Assembly: GCA_040389905.1 (NCBI GenBank)
Contig: JAZJZK010000005.1
Coordinates: 1-64,000 of the forward strand
Origin: Gemmatimonadota bacterium
Lineage (GTDB): Bacteria > Gemmatimonadota > Gemmatimonadetes > Gemmatimonadales > Gemmatimonadaceae
Length of the DNA: 64,000 bases
Direction: 5' to 3'
Shown here: piece after piece, positions 37,176 to 47,157 of the stretch
Layout: each line of letters begins with the position of its first letter
Numbering within the stretch: position 1 is the stretch's first letter
The notes under the pieces: model-generated
The model's input: the letters and a program-made list of their open reading frames with translations, nothing else
The model's database searches: none
What the model was told of the DNA's origin: nothing
Position numbers and translations under genes: made by a program

Positions 37176-38258
37176 ATGCGGATCCTCACCGTCGTCGGTA
37201 CGCGGCCCGAAATCATCAGGTTGTCGGTCCTGATTCCGAAGCTCGATGCGCACTTCGACCATGTGCTCGTGCACACGGGACAGAATCATTCGGCCAACCT
37301 GAGCGACATCTTCTTTCGCGACCTCAAGGTGCGGCAGCCGGACCGCTTTCTTGGCGTCGACACCTCGTCGTTCGCGGCGCAGCTCGCGGGGTTGTTCACG
37401 GGCTTCGAACAGGTACTCGATAGCTACCAGCCCGATCGCGTCCTCATACTCGGCGACACGAATTCCGGCCTGCTCGCGTACAACGCCAAGCGCCGCCAGA
37501 TCCCGGTCTTCCACATGGAAGCGGGTAACCGCTGCTTCGACGATCGCGTACCGGAGGAAGTGAACCGAAAGGTCATCGATCACTGCAGCCGAGTGCTGAT
37601 GCCGTACACGCACCGGAGCGCGGCGAACCTGGTCGAAGAGGGAATCGCACGGCACCGCATCTTCGTCACCGGCAATCCCATCTTCGAAGTGCTGAACGCC
37701 TTCGAGGCGGAGATCGAGGCGTCGGATGCCCTGGCGCGCCACGGTGTGGAGAAGGGGGAATACCTCCTCGCCACGATGCATCGCGCCGAGAACGTCGACG
37801 ACCCGGCGACGTTTCAGGGACTTTGCTCTGCGCTTGGCCGCGTCGCCGCCATGTACGATCGGCCGCTGATCCTCAGCGTGCATCCGCGCATCCGCGATCG
37901 CCTGACCGCGAGCTCCTTTCCCGAAGGCGAGGTGCGGAGCATCGAGGCGATGCCATTCTTCGAATTCGTGAAGCTCCAGAAGAACGCGGCGCTCGTGCTG
38001 TCGGACAGCGGCACCGTGCAGGAGGAATGCGCGATCTACGGCATTCCCACGGTGACCATTCGCGAGACGACGGAACGTCCTGAAACCGTCGAGTGTGGCT
38101 CGAACCTCATTGGCACCACCAACCCCGACCGCATCGTGGCGGCGGCGCGTTTCCTTCGTTCGCAGGGGACGCGCGCCGACTGGGCCCCGCCGCCGGAGTA
38201 CGTCGTGCCCAACGTGTCGGATATCGTGACGAAGATCCTGCTGGGGAACATTCCGTAG
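37176..38258 (+). CDS. wecB: non-hydrolysing UDP-HexNAc 2-epimerase (WbjD/FnlC/QnlB-like)
   Basis: VGTRPEIIRLS, LGDTNS, HMEAGNRCFD.RVPEE.NR, SDSGTVQEE, ERPE. Confidence 0.88.
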   Translation: MRILTVVGTRPEIIRLSVLIPKLDAHFDHVLVHTGQNHSANLSDIFFRDLKVRQPDRFLGVDTSSFAAQLAGLFTGFEQVLDSYQPDRVLILGDTNSGLLAYNAKRRQIPVFHMEAGNRCFDDRVPEEVNRKVIDHCSRVLMPYTHRSAANLVEEGIARHRIFVTGNPIFEVLNAFEAEIEASDALARHGVEKGEYLLATMHRAENVDDPATFQGLCSALGRVAAMYDRPLILSVHPRIRDRLTASSFPEGEVRSIEAMPFFEFVKLQKNAALVLSDSGTVQEECAIYGIPTVTIRETTERPETVECGSNLIGTTNPDRIVAAARFLRSQGTRADWAPPPEYVVPNVSDIVTKILLGNIP

Positions 38259-38267
38259 CGGCTGACT

Positions 38268-38333
38268 CGGGCGCTTAATAATGCGCCGGCACATTGAACC
38301 GGGCGCTTAATTAAATTCGCCGGCACATTGAAC
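38268..38333. repeat. tandem direct repeat (32 + 34 bp)
   Basis: cgggcgcttaataatgcgccggcacattgaac followed by cgggcgcttaattaaattcgccggcacattgaac. Confidence 0.85.
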
Positions 38334-38505
38334 GCGGGTTGAGCGGATTGAAGCGGATACGATCGGATCCACTCGAGTTGGTTCGAGTGGCAGAGCGCCA
38401 CTCTGCGTGCGGCCATCAAGGTGTTTTGCTTTGAATGGCGCGTGTCCAGGGTAGATGCGCACTGGACAATCCGCATGATCCGTTCAAATCCGTACAATCT
38501 GCGGT
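38331..38505. repeat. periodic CGGAT inverted repeat enclosing several hairpins
   Basis: aacgcgggttgagcggattgaagcggatacgatcggat pairs imperfectly with atccgcatgatccgttcaaatccgtacaatctgcggt. Inner stems at 38369-38390, 38390-38406, 38412-38439 and 38443-38468. Confidence 0.65.
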
Positions 38506-38579
38506 CGCCGTAGGTGACCGGTCAGTTGCCGTTCCGCTCGTTTTGCCGAGGGGGCCGGCACACCCCGCGGCGGCCAGTG

Positions 38580-39587
38580 TCAGACCTTGTAGTACCCCCG
38601 ATACCACTCGACGAAGCGCCGCACACCGGACTCCAGCGACGTACTTGGCGCGAAGCCAACATCGCGCGCGAGGTCGTCCACGTCAGCCGCCGTGGCGCGC
38701 ACGTCACCCGGCTGCATCGGCAACAGATTCTGCTGCGCCTTCATCCCGAGGCAATCCTCGAGAATCTCGATCAGACTCGTGAGCTTGGCGGGATTGTTGT
38801 TTCCGATGTTGTACAAGCGATAGGGCGCACTGCTCGTCGCCGTGTCGGGATGGTCCGATGACCAGTCCGGGTTCGGCGCCGCAATGTTGTCACTCGTGCG
38901 GATTACACCCTCGACGATGTCGTCGATATAGGTGAAGTCACGCTCCATGTCCCCGCGATTGAACACGTCGATCGGCCGGCCGGCGAGGATGGCGCGTGTG
39001 AAGAGGAACATCGCCATGTCGGGGCGGCCCCACGGTCCGTAGACCGTGAAGAAACGAAGTCCCGTGGTCGGCAGCCGGTAGAGATGGCTGTACGTGTGCG
39101 CCATCAGCTCGTTCGCCTTTTTCGTGGCGGCATACAGGCTGAGCGGATGGTCGACGTTGTCGTGTACCGAGAACGGAAACGTCGTATTCGAGCCGTACAC
39201 CGACGACGACGACGCGTACGTGAGGTGCTGGACACCGGAGTGCCGGCAGCCTTCGAGGATCGCCGTGAAGCCGGTGAGATTACTGTCGATGTACGCGAAC
39301 GGATTCGTGAGGGAATAGCGCACGCCGGCTTGCGCAGCCAGGTGAATGACGCGGTCGAACTTTTCGCGAGCGAATAGCTCCGCCATCCCCGCAAGGTCCG
39401 AGAGGTCCATTTTCACGAACCGGAACGCCGGCTTCTCGCTGAGCCGAGCCAATCGCGCTTCCTTGAGCGTGACATCGTAATAGTCATTCAGGTTGTCGAG
39501 CCCGACGACCGAGTCGCCGCGATCGAGCAGCCGATGTGACGTATGCGAACCGATGAAGCCTGCCGCTCCGGTGACTAGTACTTTCAT
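38580..39587 (-). CDS. UDP-glucuronate 4-epimerase (CapI/Uge family)
   Basis: [53 protein letters not shown]. Confidence 0.92.
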   Translation of the reverse strand: MKVLVTGAAGFIGSHTSHRLLDRGDSVVGLDNLNDYYDVTLKEARLARLSEKPAFRFVKMDLSDLAGMAELFAREKFDRVIHLAAQAGVRYSLTNPFAYIDSNLTGFTAILEGCRHSGVQHLTYASSSSVYGSNTTFPFSVHDNVDHPLSLYAATKKANELMAHTYSHLYRLPTTGLRFFTVYGPWGRPDMAMFLFTRAILAGRPIDVFNRGDMERDFTYIDDIVEGVIRTSDNIAAPNPDWSSDHPDTATSSAPYRLYNIGNNNPAKLTSLIEILEDCLGMKAQQNLLPMQPGDVRATAADVDDLARDVGFAPSTSLESGVRRFVEWYRGYYKV

Positions 39588-39666
39588 ACGGGAGAATGGG
39601 AGAATGAAACGGCGCACGCGGCGCAGTAACGGTTGAGAAGGTTAGTGGAAAAACAGCCTCGCGCAA

Positions 39667-40788
39667 TCACGAGAGAAAGGGCGACGTGGCCTGTGCCAGG
39701 GTGGTTCCATTTCTGGATCGGTAATAGAGCGCGGCGTCGCTGGTCCGACTGCGCGCGGCATTGACCGCAGCCGCGTCGCGAAGCGAACGCGCGATTGATT
39801 CCAGCGTGACCTGAGCCGCACCGTTGCGAACCGAGAAGCCGGCGCCGAAGTGCGAGCACACGGTGTCGCTGGCCGTGCCTGCGGGGCCGACGTACAGGGT
39901 CGCAATACCGTATCTGAGGTATGCGCCGTACTTGCTGGGGCTCAGAAGGCCCGCGACCTCATCGTCCAACAGCACGACTCCCGCGTGAATCCGCCGCTCA
40001 CGGAACACGGCGCCAAGCTCGGCAAACGGTGTTCGCGGCAGCGCTTCGACCGCGCAGCCCGCTCTCCAGCCCACTTCCCGGAACCGGGCTTCCCCCTCCG
40101 CGGCGACACCGACGAGAAACACGCGCACCGGGCCATGCCGCGCACATTCGGCGAGCAACGTTTCGAGCGTTTCAAGGGGATGGGAGTATCCAAGGTTCCC
40201 CACGTACGCAACGCGCAGTTCCGCCGCGAGCTCTTCCCCAGTCACCTGAGGTGCGGACTCGTGGATCACGCCAGGAATGCCATTCCACGTTGGGTGCTGA
40301 ATGAGCGGGACGCGAGGGGCGTGCGCGCGAACCAGCTCTTCCATTGCATTGTCGAGTACGATCGCGAAGCGCGCACGGAGCAGGAGTTGCGCGTCGATCC
40401 GCCGGATCACCTTCGCGACCCACCCAAGCGAGTGGCGATCGAGCGCTCTGGCCTCGAGCTCCGGGTGGTAATCCATCAGCCAGACGCCAACCGGAATTCG
40501 GCAAATGCGTCCGATGAAAATGCACCAGAGGTGCAGGCCGGGCGGAGAGGTGCGGGCAAGAATGAAATCGAAGCGCTCCCGCAACAGAATCACGGGGAGA
40601 CGGAGGTACATGTACGCGGCGACCAGCAGCCGAAATGGGTGCGTGCCGCCGGGGATGTACCGGTTGAAGAAGCCGCGGAAAAAGCGGACATCGATGTCGG
40701 GACGAATCGCCGCGAGCGCGGCGATGTAATCCTCGGACATCGGGTCGATGACGGCGGGTCCAAACTCGCTCACGAACAACAGCTTCAT
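39667..40788 (-). CDS. GT-B fold glycosyltransferase (GT4-like)
   Basis: TSPP, WLMDYHPE, YVGNLGYSH and PSKY motifs. Confidence 0.75.
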   Translation of the reverse strand: MKLLFVSEFGPAVIDPMSEDYIAALAAIRPDIDVRFFRGFFNRYIPGGTHPFRLLVAAYMYLRLPVILLRERFDFILARTSPPGLHLWCIFIGRICRIPVGVWLMDYHPELEARALDRHSLGWVAKVIRRIDAQLLLRARFAIVLDNAMEELVRAHAPRVPLIQHPTWNGIPGVIHESAPQVTGEELAAELRVAYVGNLGYSHPLETLETLLAECARHGPVRVFLVGVAAEGEARFREVGWRAGCAVEALPRTPFAELGAVFRERRIHAGVVLLDDEVAGLLSPSKYGAYLRYGIATLYVGPAGTASDTVCSHFGAGFSVRNGAAQVTLESIARSLRDAAAVNAARSRTSDAALYYRSRNGTTLAQATSPFLS

Positions 40789-40851
40789 GGTCGAGGCAGC
40801 GCACGCGTGACTGGGGACGCCCTCAATCGCACGACTGTTCTCGGCCAACCG

Positions 40852-41904
40852 TCACGACAACCGGGCTCGCCAGTTCTCGACGATTTGACGGATGGTTTCG
40901 GGCAAGGAAACCGAGATGTCCCACGACGGAAAGTGCTCGCGCATCTTGGCGAGGTCGCTGTAGTAGCAGATATGGTCGCCGTCGCGATGCTTGTCCGAAT
41001 AGGTCCATTGCATGGGAATATCGGAACACGCCTCGACCAACTGAAACGCCTCGAGGATGCTGCAGCTATTCCCCTTGCCGCCGCCGAGGTTGTACACCTC
41101 CGCGACACGAGGCGCCGAGATGAACGCGTCGATGAAGCGCGCGACATCCGCCGAGTGGATATTGTCGCGCACCTGCTTTCCCTTGTACCCGAAGATCGTG
41201 TATCGTCGCTTCTCGAGATTGCACTTCACAAGATAGCTGAGAAAGCCGTGGAGCTCGACGCCGGAGTGATTCGGCCCGGTCAGACATCCGCCACGCAGGC
41301 AACACGTGGGCATCCCGAAGTGGCTGCCGTACTCCTGGACCATGACGTCCGCGGCGACTTTCGACGCTCCGAACAGGGAGTGTCTCGACTGATCGATGGT
41401 GAAGCTCTCGGCGATGCCGTTGACGTGCCGGTCGTCGGCGAAATCCCACCGCGTCTCCGTTTCGACGAGCGGGATGAGATTCGGCGCGTCGCCGTACACC
41501 TTGTTCGTGGACATGTGCGCGAAGGGCGCGTCGGCGCAATACTGCCGCGTGGCCTCCAGCACGTTGAGCGTTCCGACGGCGTTGGTATCGAAGTCGTCGA
41601 AGGGGATGGTCGCGGCGTGCGCGTGCGACGGCTGCGCGGCGGCATGGACCACCGCGTGCGGCCGCACGGCCCGAAACAGGTCGAGGACACCGTTGCGGTT
41701 CCGTACGTCCAGCTCATAGTGGCGGTAGGAACGAAGCTCGCGAAGCAGCCGCTCCTCATTCCAACGCGTATCCCCGTCCGGCCCGAAGAAGACCGCGCGC
41801 TGATTGCTGTCGAGACCGTGCACTTCCCATCCTTTCGCATGGAAATAAGCGCACACCTCGGAGCCGATGAGTCCCGAGCTTCCTGTGACGAGTATTCGTT
41901 GCAT
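40852..41904 (-). CDS. NAD-dependent epimerase, CDP-paratose 2-epimerase (tyvelose) family
   Basis: [46 protein letters not shown]. Confidence 0.85.
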   Translation of the reverse strand: MQRILVTGSSGLIGSEVCAYFHAKGWEVHGLDSNQRAVFFGPDGDTRWNEERLLRELRSYRHYELDVRNRNGVLDLFRAVRPHAVVHAAAQPSHAHAATIPFDDFDTNAVGTLNVLEATRQYCADAPFAHMSTNKVYGDAPNLIPLVETETRWDFADDRHVNGIAESFTIDQSRHSLFGASKVAADVMVQEYGSHFGMPTCCLRGGCLTGPNHSGVELHGFLSYLVKCNLEKRRYTIFGYKGKQVRDNIHSADVARFIDAFISAPRVAEVYNLGGGKGNSCSILEAFQLVEACSDIPMQWTYSDKHRDGDHICYYSDLAKMREHFPSWDISVSLPETIRQIVENWRARLS

Positions 41905-42069
41905 TCAGCGGAGAATGGAAGACCGAATGGGAGCCGATCGACCCTGTTGGCCGTGCAGCGGCCGAGTCAGGAGGTCGAGGGAATCACAAAGATAACCACC
42001 TGCCGAAAGATACGGCTGTGGCGATACCTTTCGCGCAAGGACTCTCGTTTGCCCCCACCGGCCAGGTTC

Positions 42070-42909
42070 GTGAAGATCAGCATCGCCGTTCCGTCTCTGA
42101 ACCAAGGTTCCTTCCTCGGCACCTGTCTCGAGAGCATCCGGACGCAGACACATGAGGATTTCGAGGCGCTGATTGCCGACGGCGGTTCGACCGATGCGTC
42201 GCGCGAGATCATCGACGAGTACGTGAAACGGGATGGGCGATTCCGGCTGGTCAGCGTGTCGGATCAGGGTCAAGCCGATGCCGTCAACAAGGCGCTCGCG
42301 CTCGCAACGGGTGACATTCACTGTTTCCTGAACGCGGATGATCAGTTTCTGTGCAGCGACGCGTTCGAGGCGATCGTGTCGGCGTTTCTCGGGTATTCCA
42401 CGATGAGCATCGTCAGCTTTACCGGCTGGTCGATCGACGAACGGGGGCATCCGGTGCGGCGTCTCCGCCTGCGATACCATCCACGCGACAACTTCGAATG
42501 GATGCAACGCCGAACCGCGGTCGTTCAGCCTGCGACATTCTGGCGCGCGGAAGTTACGCGTCGACTCCCATTCCGGGCAGAGCTGCAGTATGCGTTCGAC
42601 TCGTGGTTCTTCTACGAGGCCTATCGAGCGTTCGGATGGATCGAGCTCGAAAAGCCGGTCGCGGGCGCTCGGCTGCAGGCAGGCAGCAAGTCGCTGGGGA
42701 TACGATCCGAGCGAATTTCCGAGTTTGCGCGGCTGGAGACCTTCAAATACGGGCCGGGTTCGTGGCGCGGAGCCTACCTGCATCTCGTGAGCGGGCTGGT
42801 CGGAGTCGCTGGAGCCATTCCCGTTGCCGGACCGTTCCTGCAGCGGACGATCTACGTCACGGTCAACGCGCTCGCGTACCTCTCGTTTTATCGCCTTCCG
42901 AGCATGTGA
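42070..42909 (+). CDS. GT2 glycosyltransferase
   Basis: PSLNQG.FL, DGGSTD, GQADAVNK, LNADD and QPATFWR motifs; GTG start. Confidence 0.9.
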   Translation: MKISIAVPSLNQGSFLGTCLESIRTQTHEDFEALIADGGSTDASREIIDEYVKRDGRFRLVSVSDQGQADAVNKALALATGDIHCFLNADDQFLCSDAFEAIVSAFLGYSTMSIVSFTGWSIDERGHPVRRLRLRYHPRDNFEWMQRRTAVVQPATFWRAEVTRRLPFRAELQYAFDSWFFYEAYRAFGWIELEKPVAGARLQAGSKSLGIRSERISEFARLETFKYGPGSWRGAYLHLVSGLVGVAGAIPVAGPFLQRTIYVTVNALAYLSFYRLPSM

Positions 42910-43163
42910 CGCGGGCAATTCCCACTGCAGAATCGGGAGTGCTTCTCGATTGATTGCGGGGGGGCAACCCTCCATACTACGCACTCGCCCGACATCCTCA
43001 ATTCAAGGTCATGGCCAACTGTACGCCCTATTGCGAAGATCAACCTGCTCCATCCGGAAACGAGCCATCGCCGAGCCACCGTGTAATGCGAAGCCCCATT
43101 TCGGAGGTGGCATGACGCCGGCCGCAGCACGGGCGTTCACCGAAAAGACTGTGCGCATCGATC

Positions 43164-44300
43164 ATGGGTGAGTTTCTCCCCTATGCGCGGCAGACGATTA
43201 CGGAGGATGACATTCAGGCGGTAGTCGACGTGCTTCGGTCCGACTGGCTGACCACGGGTCCCGCCGTCGAGGCGTTCGAACACGCCATCGCCGGCTACAC
43301 AGGCTCCACGCACGCCGTCGCGGTGTCGAGCGGAACCGCTGCGCTCCACGCCATGATGAACGCGATCGGTATCGGTCCGGGGGACGAGGTCATCGTTCCT
43401 GCCATGACCTTTGTGGCGACGGCCAATGCGGTCGTGTATTGCGGCGGCACACCGGTGTTCGCCGATGTCGATGCCGATACCCTTCTCATCGACGTCGAGT
43501 CGGTGGCCGCGTGCATCACGCCCAGGACTCGCGCGATCATCGCCGTAGACTACGCCGGCCAGCCATGTGACTACGATGCGCTCGCCGCGCTCGCCGCCGC
43601 GCACGGGATTCGGCTCCTGTCCGACGGATGTCATGCGCTCGGCGGAACGTACCGTGGGCGCCAGGTCGGCACGCTTGCGGAGCTCACGGCCTTCAGCTTT
43701 CATCCCGTGAAACACGTGACGACGGCAGAGGGCGGGATGGTTACGACCTCCGACGAGGCGCTCGCCCAGCGGATGCGGGAGTTTCGGAACCATGGAATTG
43801 CCAAGGACCACTGGCAGCGCGAGAATACGGGAACGTGGGAATACCAGATGCGCACGCTCGGGTTCAACTACCGGCTCAACGACCTGCAGTGTGCGCTCGG
43901 CGTAAGCCAGCTACGCAGTCTCCCCCGCTGGCTCGAGCGGCGACGAAGACTTGCCAGCGTGTACGATGCGGCACTTGCCGATGCGCCGCACGTGGTCCCA
44001 CTTGCACGGGCGAGTTCGCGCGAGCACGCCTATCATCTCTACGTGGTGCAGTTCGGGGACGAAGGAGGTACGGCACGCGCGGAGGCGTTCGCGCGGCTTC
44101 GCGCAGCGGAGATCCGTGCGAACGTGCACTACCTACCCGTCCACCTGCATCCATTTTACCGCGAGACGTTTGGAACACAGCCCGGCACGTGTCCGAATGC
44201 GGAACGAGCGTACGACCGGATTCTCTCGCTTCCCATGTATCCCTCGATGCGTGACGAGGATGTCGCGCGAGTGACGGACGTACTGTTGCAGCGCGGGTAG
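43164..44300 (+). CDS. pseC: DegT-family aminotransferase, PseC-like
   Basis: LPYARQTITEDDI..V..VLRSDWLTTGP, FSFHPVKHVTTAEGG, GFNYRL.D.QCALG, NVHYLPVHLHP. Confidence 0.88.
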   Translation: MGEFLPYARQTITEDDIQAVVDVLRSDWLTTGPAVEAFEHAIAGYTGSTHAVAVSSGTAALHAMMNAIGIGPGDEVIVPAMTFVATANAVVYCGGTPVFADVDADTLLIDVESVAACITPRTRAIIAVDYAGQPCDYDALAALAAAHGIRLLSDGCHALGGTYRGRQVGTLAELTAFSFHPVKHVTTAEGGMVTTSDEALAQRMREFRNHGIAKDHWQRENTGTWEYQMRTLGFNYRLNDLQCALGVSQLRSLPRWLERRRRLASVYDAALADAPHVVPLARASSREHAYHLYVVQFGDEGGTARAEAFARLRAAEIRANVHYLPVHLHPFYRETFGTQPGTCPNAERAYDRILSLPMYPSMRDEDVARVTDVLLQRG

Positions 44301-44307
44301 TGGTTTG

Positions 44308-45573
44308 TCATCCCGCATGGCGCGAGACCCGGGCTTTCACTTCCGCGCCGAGGCTCAGGTACACCAGCGGTAGAAATGGGATGTAAAACACGATCGCGTC
44401 CAGGTGCAGATGATCGAGGACGTGATTGAGCGCCATGACTGGCCATACAAGTGCAGCGACCAGGGCCAGCGGCAGGCTCAGGGCAAGTGCAGATCGCAGC
44501 CCCGTGGGCTGCATGGCCGCTGCGAGACCTCCTCGTCGCGCGTGCAACCAGAACAGCCAGGCGCCAAGTAGCAGGAAGGCGCCGATCGGAACTGGTACTC
44601 CAGCGACGGGAATCCTCACCGCCGGGTGTCCGAGAAACATCCCGACGATGACCGCTCGACGGCACGTGATCCCGCAATGGGGGCGAACGAGGTCCATCAC
44701 GCGACGAAATTTCAGGCTCTCGGTCAGCGCCGCCGGCTCCGCGGGAAGGGTGTCACTGATCGACGACCGAGTCAGCGCGCGCTCGCTCACGGCGGCTTTC
44801 GCCGCCTGGAATGACCCCGTCGCCACGGTGGCGGCGGCCAAATGGACCGTGAGTGCCGCAGCGAGGGCAACGACACTCCCCCCGCCAATCATCCCGATGC
44901 GTGCCGCGGTCAGCCGGCTAAACCCACGATGCGCCAAGTCGAGCACGAGGATGGGAACTGCGGATGCAATGGCAATCGTCGGCAGGAACTCGTAGCCGCA
45001 CAGCGCGCGAGCGAACAACAGCGCGGTGTTCACGAGCAGAATGACGCGAAACCCCCGTGCATCCCAACGGTGGTCATACAGCAGCCAGACGACGACGAAG
45101 GGCAGGAGGAAGGAAAAGCTGACCCAATACACGCTCGAGGCGAAGTACGCCAACCATTTCGAGGCGCCGAGGAGGCACGTCGCCACCAGCGTGCCACTCG
45201 CTCCCAGGGGTTCATATAGCCGAGCGAGTAGCAGCGCGAGCGTCATCGAGAGCAGCAGGACCGCGCCGCCGGGTCCGTAGACGAGCACGCGGCGGCCCAG
45301 GACGCGCGCGCCTGCCCGGAAGACGCGCCCCTGAAGGCCGAATTGCGAGAGGTACATCTCTCCCTGAAAGCCGAGAAAGCCACCCGGCGAGGGTTCGTTC
45401 TTGCGGACGACGTACGTTACCAGGTCATCGGACTCGAGTTCGAACGCGCCGAACCGCTCATTCTCACCCGGCTCCGCCAGATTGAAGCCGAATGCGAGCG
45501 ACAGGAAGCAGGTCGCCAGCAGGAAGACAACCAGGACGGGTCGCAAGGACAGCCCCCGGACTGCAGCCGTCAC
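44308..45573 (-). CDS. hypothetical polytopic membrane protein
   Basis: About 10 TMs, Y.SQFGLQG and LCGYEF motifs; 4-nt overlap with the upstream gene. Confidence 0.7.
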   Translation of the reverse strand: MTAAVRGLSLRPVLVVFLLATCFLSLAFGFNLAEPGENERFGAFELESDDLVTYVVRKNEPSPGGFLGFQGEMYLSQFGLQGRVFRAGARVLGRRVLVYGPGGAVLLLSMTLALLLARLYEPLGASGTLVATCLLGASKWLAYFASSVYWVSFSFLLPFVVVWLLYDHRWDARGFRVILLVNTALLFARALCGYEFLPTIAIASAVPILVLDLAHRGFSRLTAARIGMIGGGSVVALAAALTVHLAAATVATGSFQAAKAAVSERALTRSSISDTLPAEPAALTESLKFRRVMDLVRPHCGITCRRAVIVGMFLGHPAVRIPVAGVPVPIGAFLLLGAWLFWLHARRGGLAAAMQPTGLRSALALSLPLALVAALVWPVMALNHVLDHLHLDAIVFYIPFLPLVYLSLGAEVKARVSRHAG

Positions 45574-47078
45574 GACGCACGCTCACCGGCTGCATAGACA
45601 CGCTGTCGAGCAATCCAACGCGGCCGAAATCTTCGCCAGACGGCGCGAGCGAATGGTGTAATCCGCAGACGTTCCGCCCATGCGGGAGAATAGACGAGTT
45701 CTGTTCCGAGGAATTTGCCGGTGTAGAGCGAGGTCGGCTCATAATACCGGTACGGGATGCCGTAGTTGGCGAGATAGTATCCGACCGGGAGACTGGCTTC
45801 AACCGGCAGCGGCAGCAGCGCGGGATCCTCCAGAAGCGCTTCCAGGTCGCCGATCGTGCGGGGCTCGTATACGCATCCAAGGTCACTGTAGTACGCGGGC
45901 TCGACGACGATGCTGGCGCGCCCTGCATACGCGGCCTCGATACCCATTGTGGAGCCCGCCGATACGACGACATCCGCGCTATCCATGAGGGCATAGGAGT
46001 CCACGGGCGACTCGCCGTGAACGACGAATACGTTCTCCGCGGAAATCCGCATGAGCCACGCGCGGTTCTCAGGCTGCACTTCGCGTGAATGGGGGTGCTC
46101 GCGAATCGTGAGCGTCACGTCTGAGCGCGCGGATGCCCATCGGACGAGGTGCTCGATGGCCGTCTGCTGGTCGATGAACAGCCCGTTCGACTCGCGTCCA
46201 ACGTACTCCATCTCGTAGTCGCTGCTCGTGAAAAACACGATGTGTCGCCGGCCCGGAGGTCGCGCAGGAAGCGCACCGGGCTCCTGGTCGTCGACAAAAA
46301 CCTTCCAGTCACGATCGTCGCGAGCGCGTTTTCGGGCGAAGAATTCGTGAGCGATCGCGTGCTCGGTGGGGCCAGCGTTCGACCAATAGCGCCTGATTTC
46401 CGACGAGATGAACGCGAGATTGTGGGGACTCTCGCGGAACAGCTCATACCGCTCTCTCGTTGCACCGGTCTCATAAATGACAAGCGGCACGTCAAATGAA
46501 CGCGCCGCCTCGGCGATGCCGAGGCAGGCGGCAAAGCGCCCGTTGTACGTGAAAATGCACGGTGGACGACGACCCGCGATCAGCACCTTCGTCATCTCGA
46601 ACGCCAGCGCCGCAATGCGCAGATACTCGTTGGTGAGAGGCCGGAATGCCGCCACGTCCGGAAGGGAATGACGGGTGGTAAACGCGAGCGACGCGGCCGC
46701 GCCCGCGCCTAGCCGCGCACTTCCATAGCGATACTCGCGCAGCGCCTGAAAAGTCGACGGGGCGTTGGCGACGAACGCCTGCACATCGCGGAGTGCGGAT
46801 TCGGAGAGTGCCGGGGGCGCGGCGATCTCGACGCCGTGCGCCCCAAGAATTGCAACGAGACGCTTGATCTTGAGTTCGCGGCGCCAGATCCCCAAGGTTT
46901 CGAGAAAAGCGAAGCGCGGTGGCTCATCGGGGTTGGGGATCGCCAGATGACAGAACGCGTTCCGCTCATGGCCATTGATGCCCGTCAACGCGACTTCGCC
47001 TGCCATCTCGAGCGCGGGCGTCCACGTAAACGCTTCAACGACGAGGGCTCGCGTCTCGCTCCGGAAATCGTTGTCCAA
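45570..47078 (-). CDS. capsule-biosynthesis-type (KpsS-like) protein, candidate nonulosonyltransferase, paralog B
   Basis: YNGRFA, FFTSSDYE, IREHP, DSYALM and STMGIEA motifs; AGGAGG RBS before the TTG at 47078. Confidence 0.6.
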   Translation of the reverse strand: MDNDFRSETRALVVEAFTWTPALEMAGEVALTGINGHERNAFCHLAIPNPDEPPRFAFLETLGIWRRELKIKRLVAILGAHGVEIAAPPALSESALRDVQAFVANAPSTFQALREYRYGSARLGAGAAASLAFTTRHSLPDVAAFRPLTNEYLRIAALAFEMTKVLIAGRRPPCIFTYNGRFAACLGIAEAARSFDVPLVIYETGATRERYELFRESPHNLAFISSEIRRYWSNAGPTEHAIAHEFFARKRARDDRDWKVFVDDQEPGALPARPPGRRHIVFFTSSDYEMEYVGRESNGLFIDQQTAIEHLVRWASARSDVTLTIREHPHSREVQPENRAWLMRISAENVFVVHGESPVDSYALMDSADVVVSAGSTMGIEAAYAGRASIVVEPAYYSDLGCVYEPRTIGDLEALLEDPALLPLPVEASLPVGYYLANYGIPYRYYEPTSLYTGKFLGTELVYSPAWAERLRITPFARAVWRRFRPRWIARQRVYAAGERAS

Positions 47079-47127
47079 CCTCGGTACCCCTCCTGTGTAT
47101 GACGTCACGGCTGGCGCTACGACGATG

Positions 47128-47147
47128 CCGAAAGGTAGCCCGAGAAC
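47128..47147 (-). promoter_or_regulatory. repeated promoter-like motif GTTCTCG(G)GCTACCTTTCGG
   Basis: Near-identical to 58927-58945. Contains a TACCTT -10-like hexamer. Intergenic, upstream of 47078. Confidence 0.55.
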
Positions 47148-47157
47148 TCGAACCGGC

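Noticed and set aside
38268..38333. Possible mini-CRISPR
   Set aside because: Only two adjacent copies, with no spacer and no cas genes.
39850..42909. 1019-aa ORF suggesting a giant GT2 fusion
   Set aside because: The first ~740 codons are the antisense shadow of two real minus-strand genes; the GT2 begins at about 42070.
42910..43163. pseB remnant upstream of pseC
   Set aside because: No recognisable dehydratase motifs in this gap.
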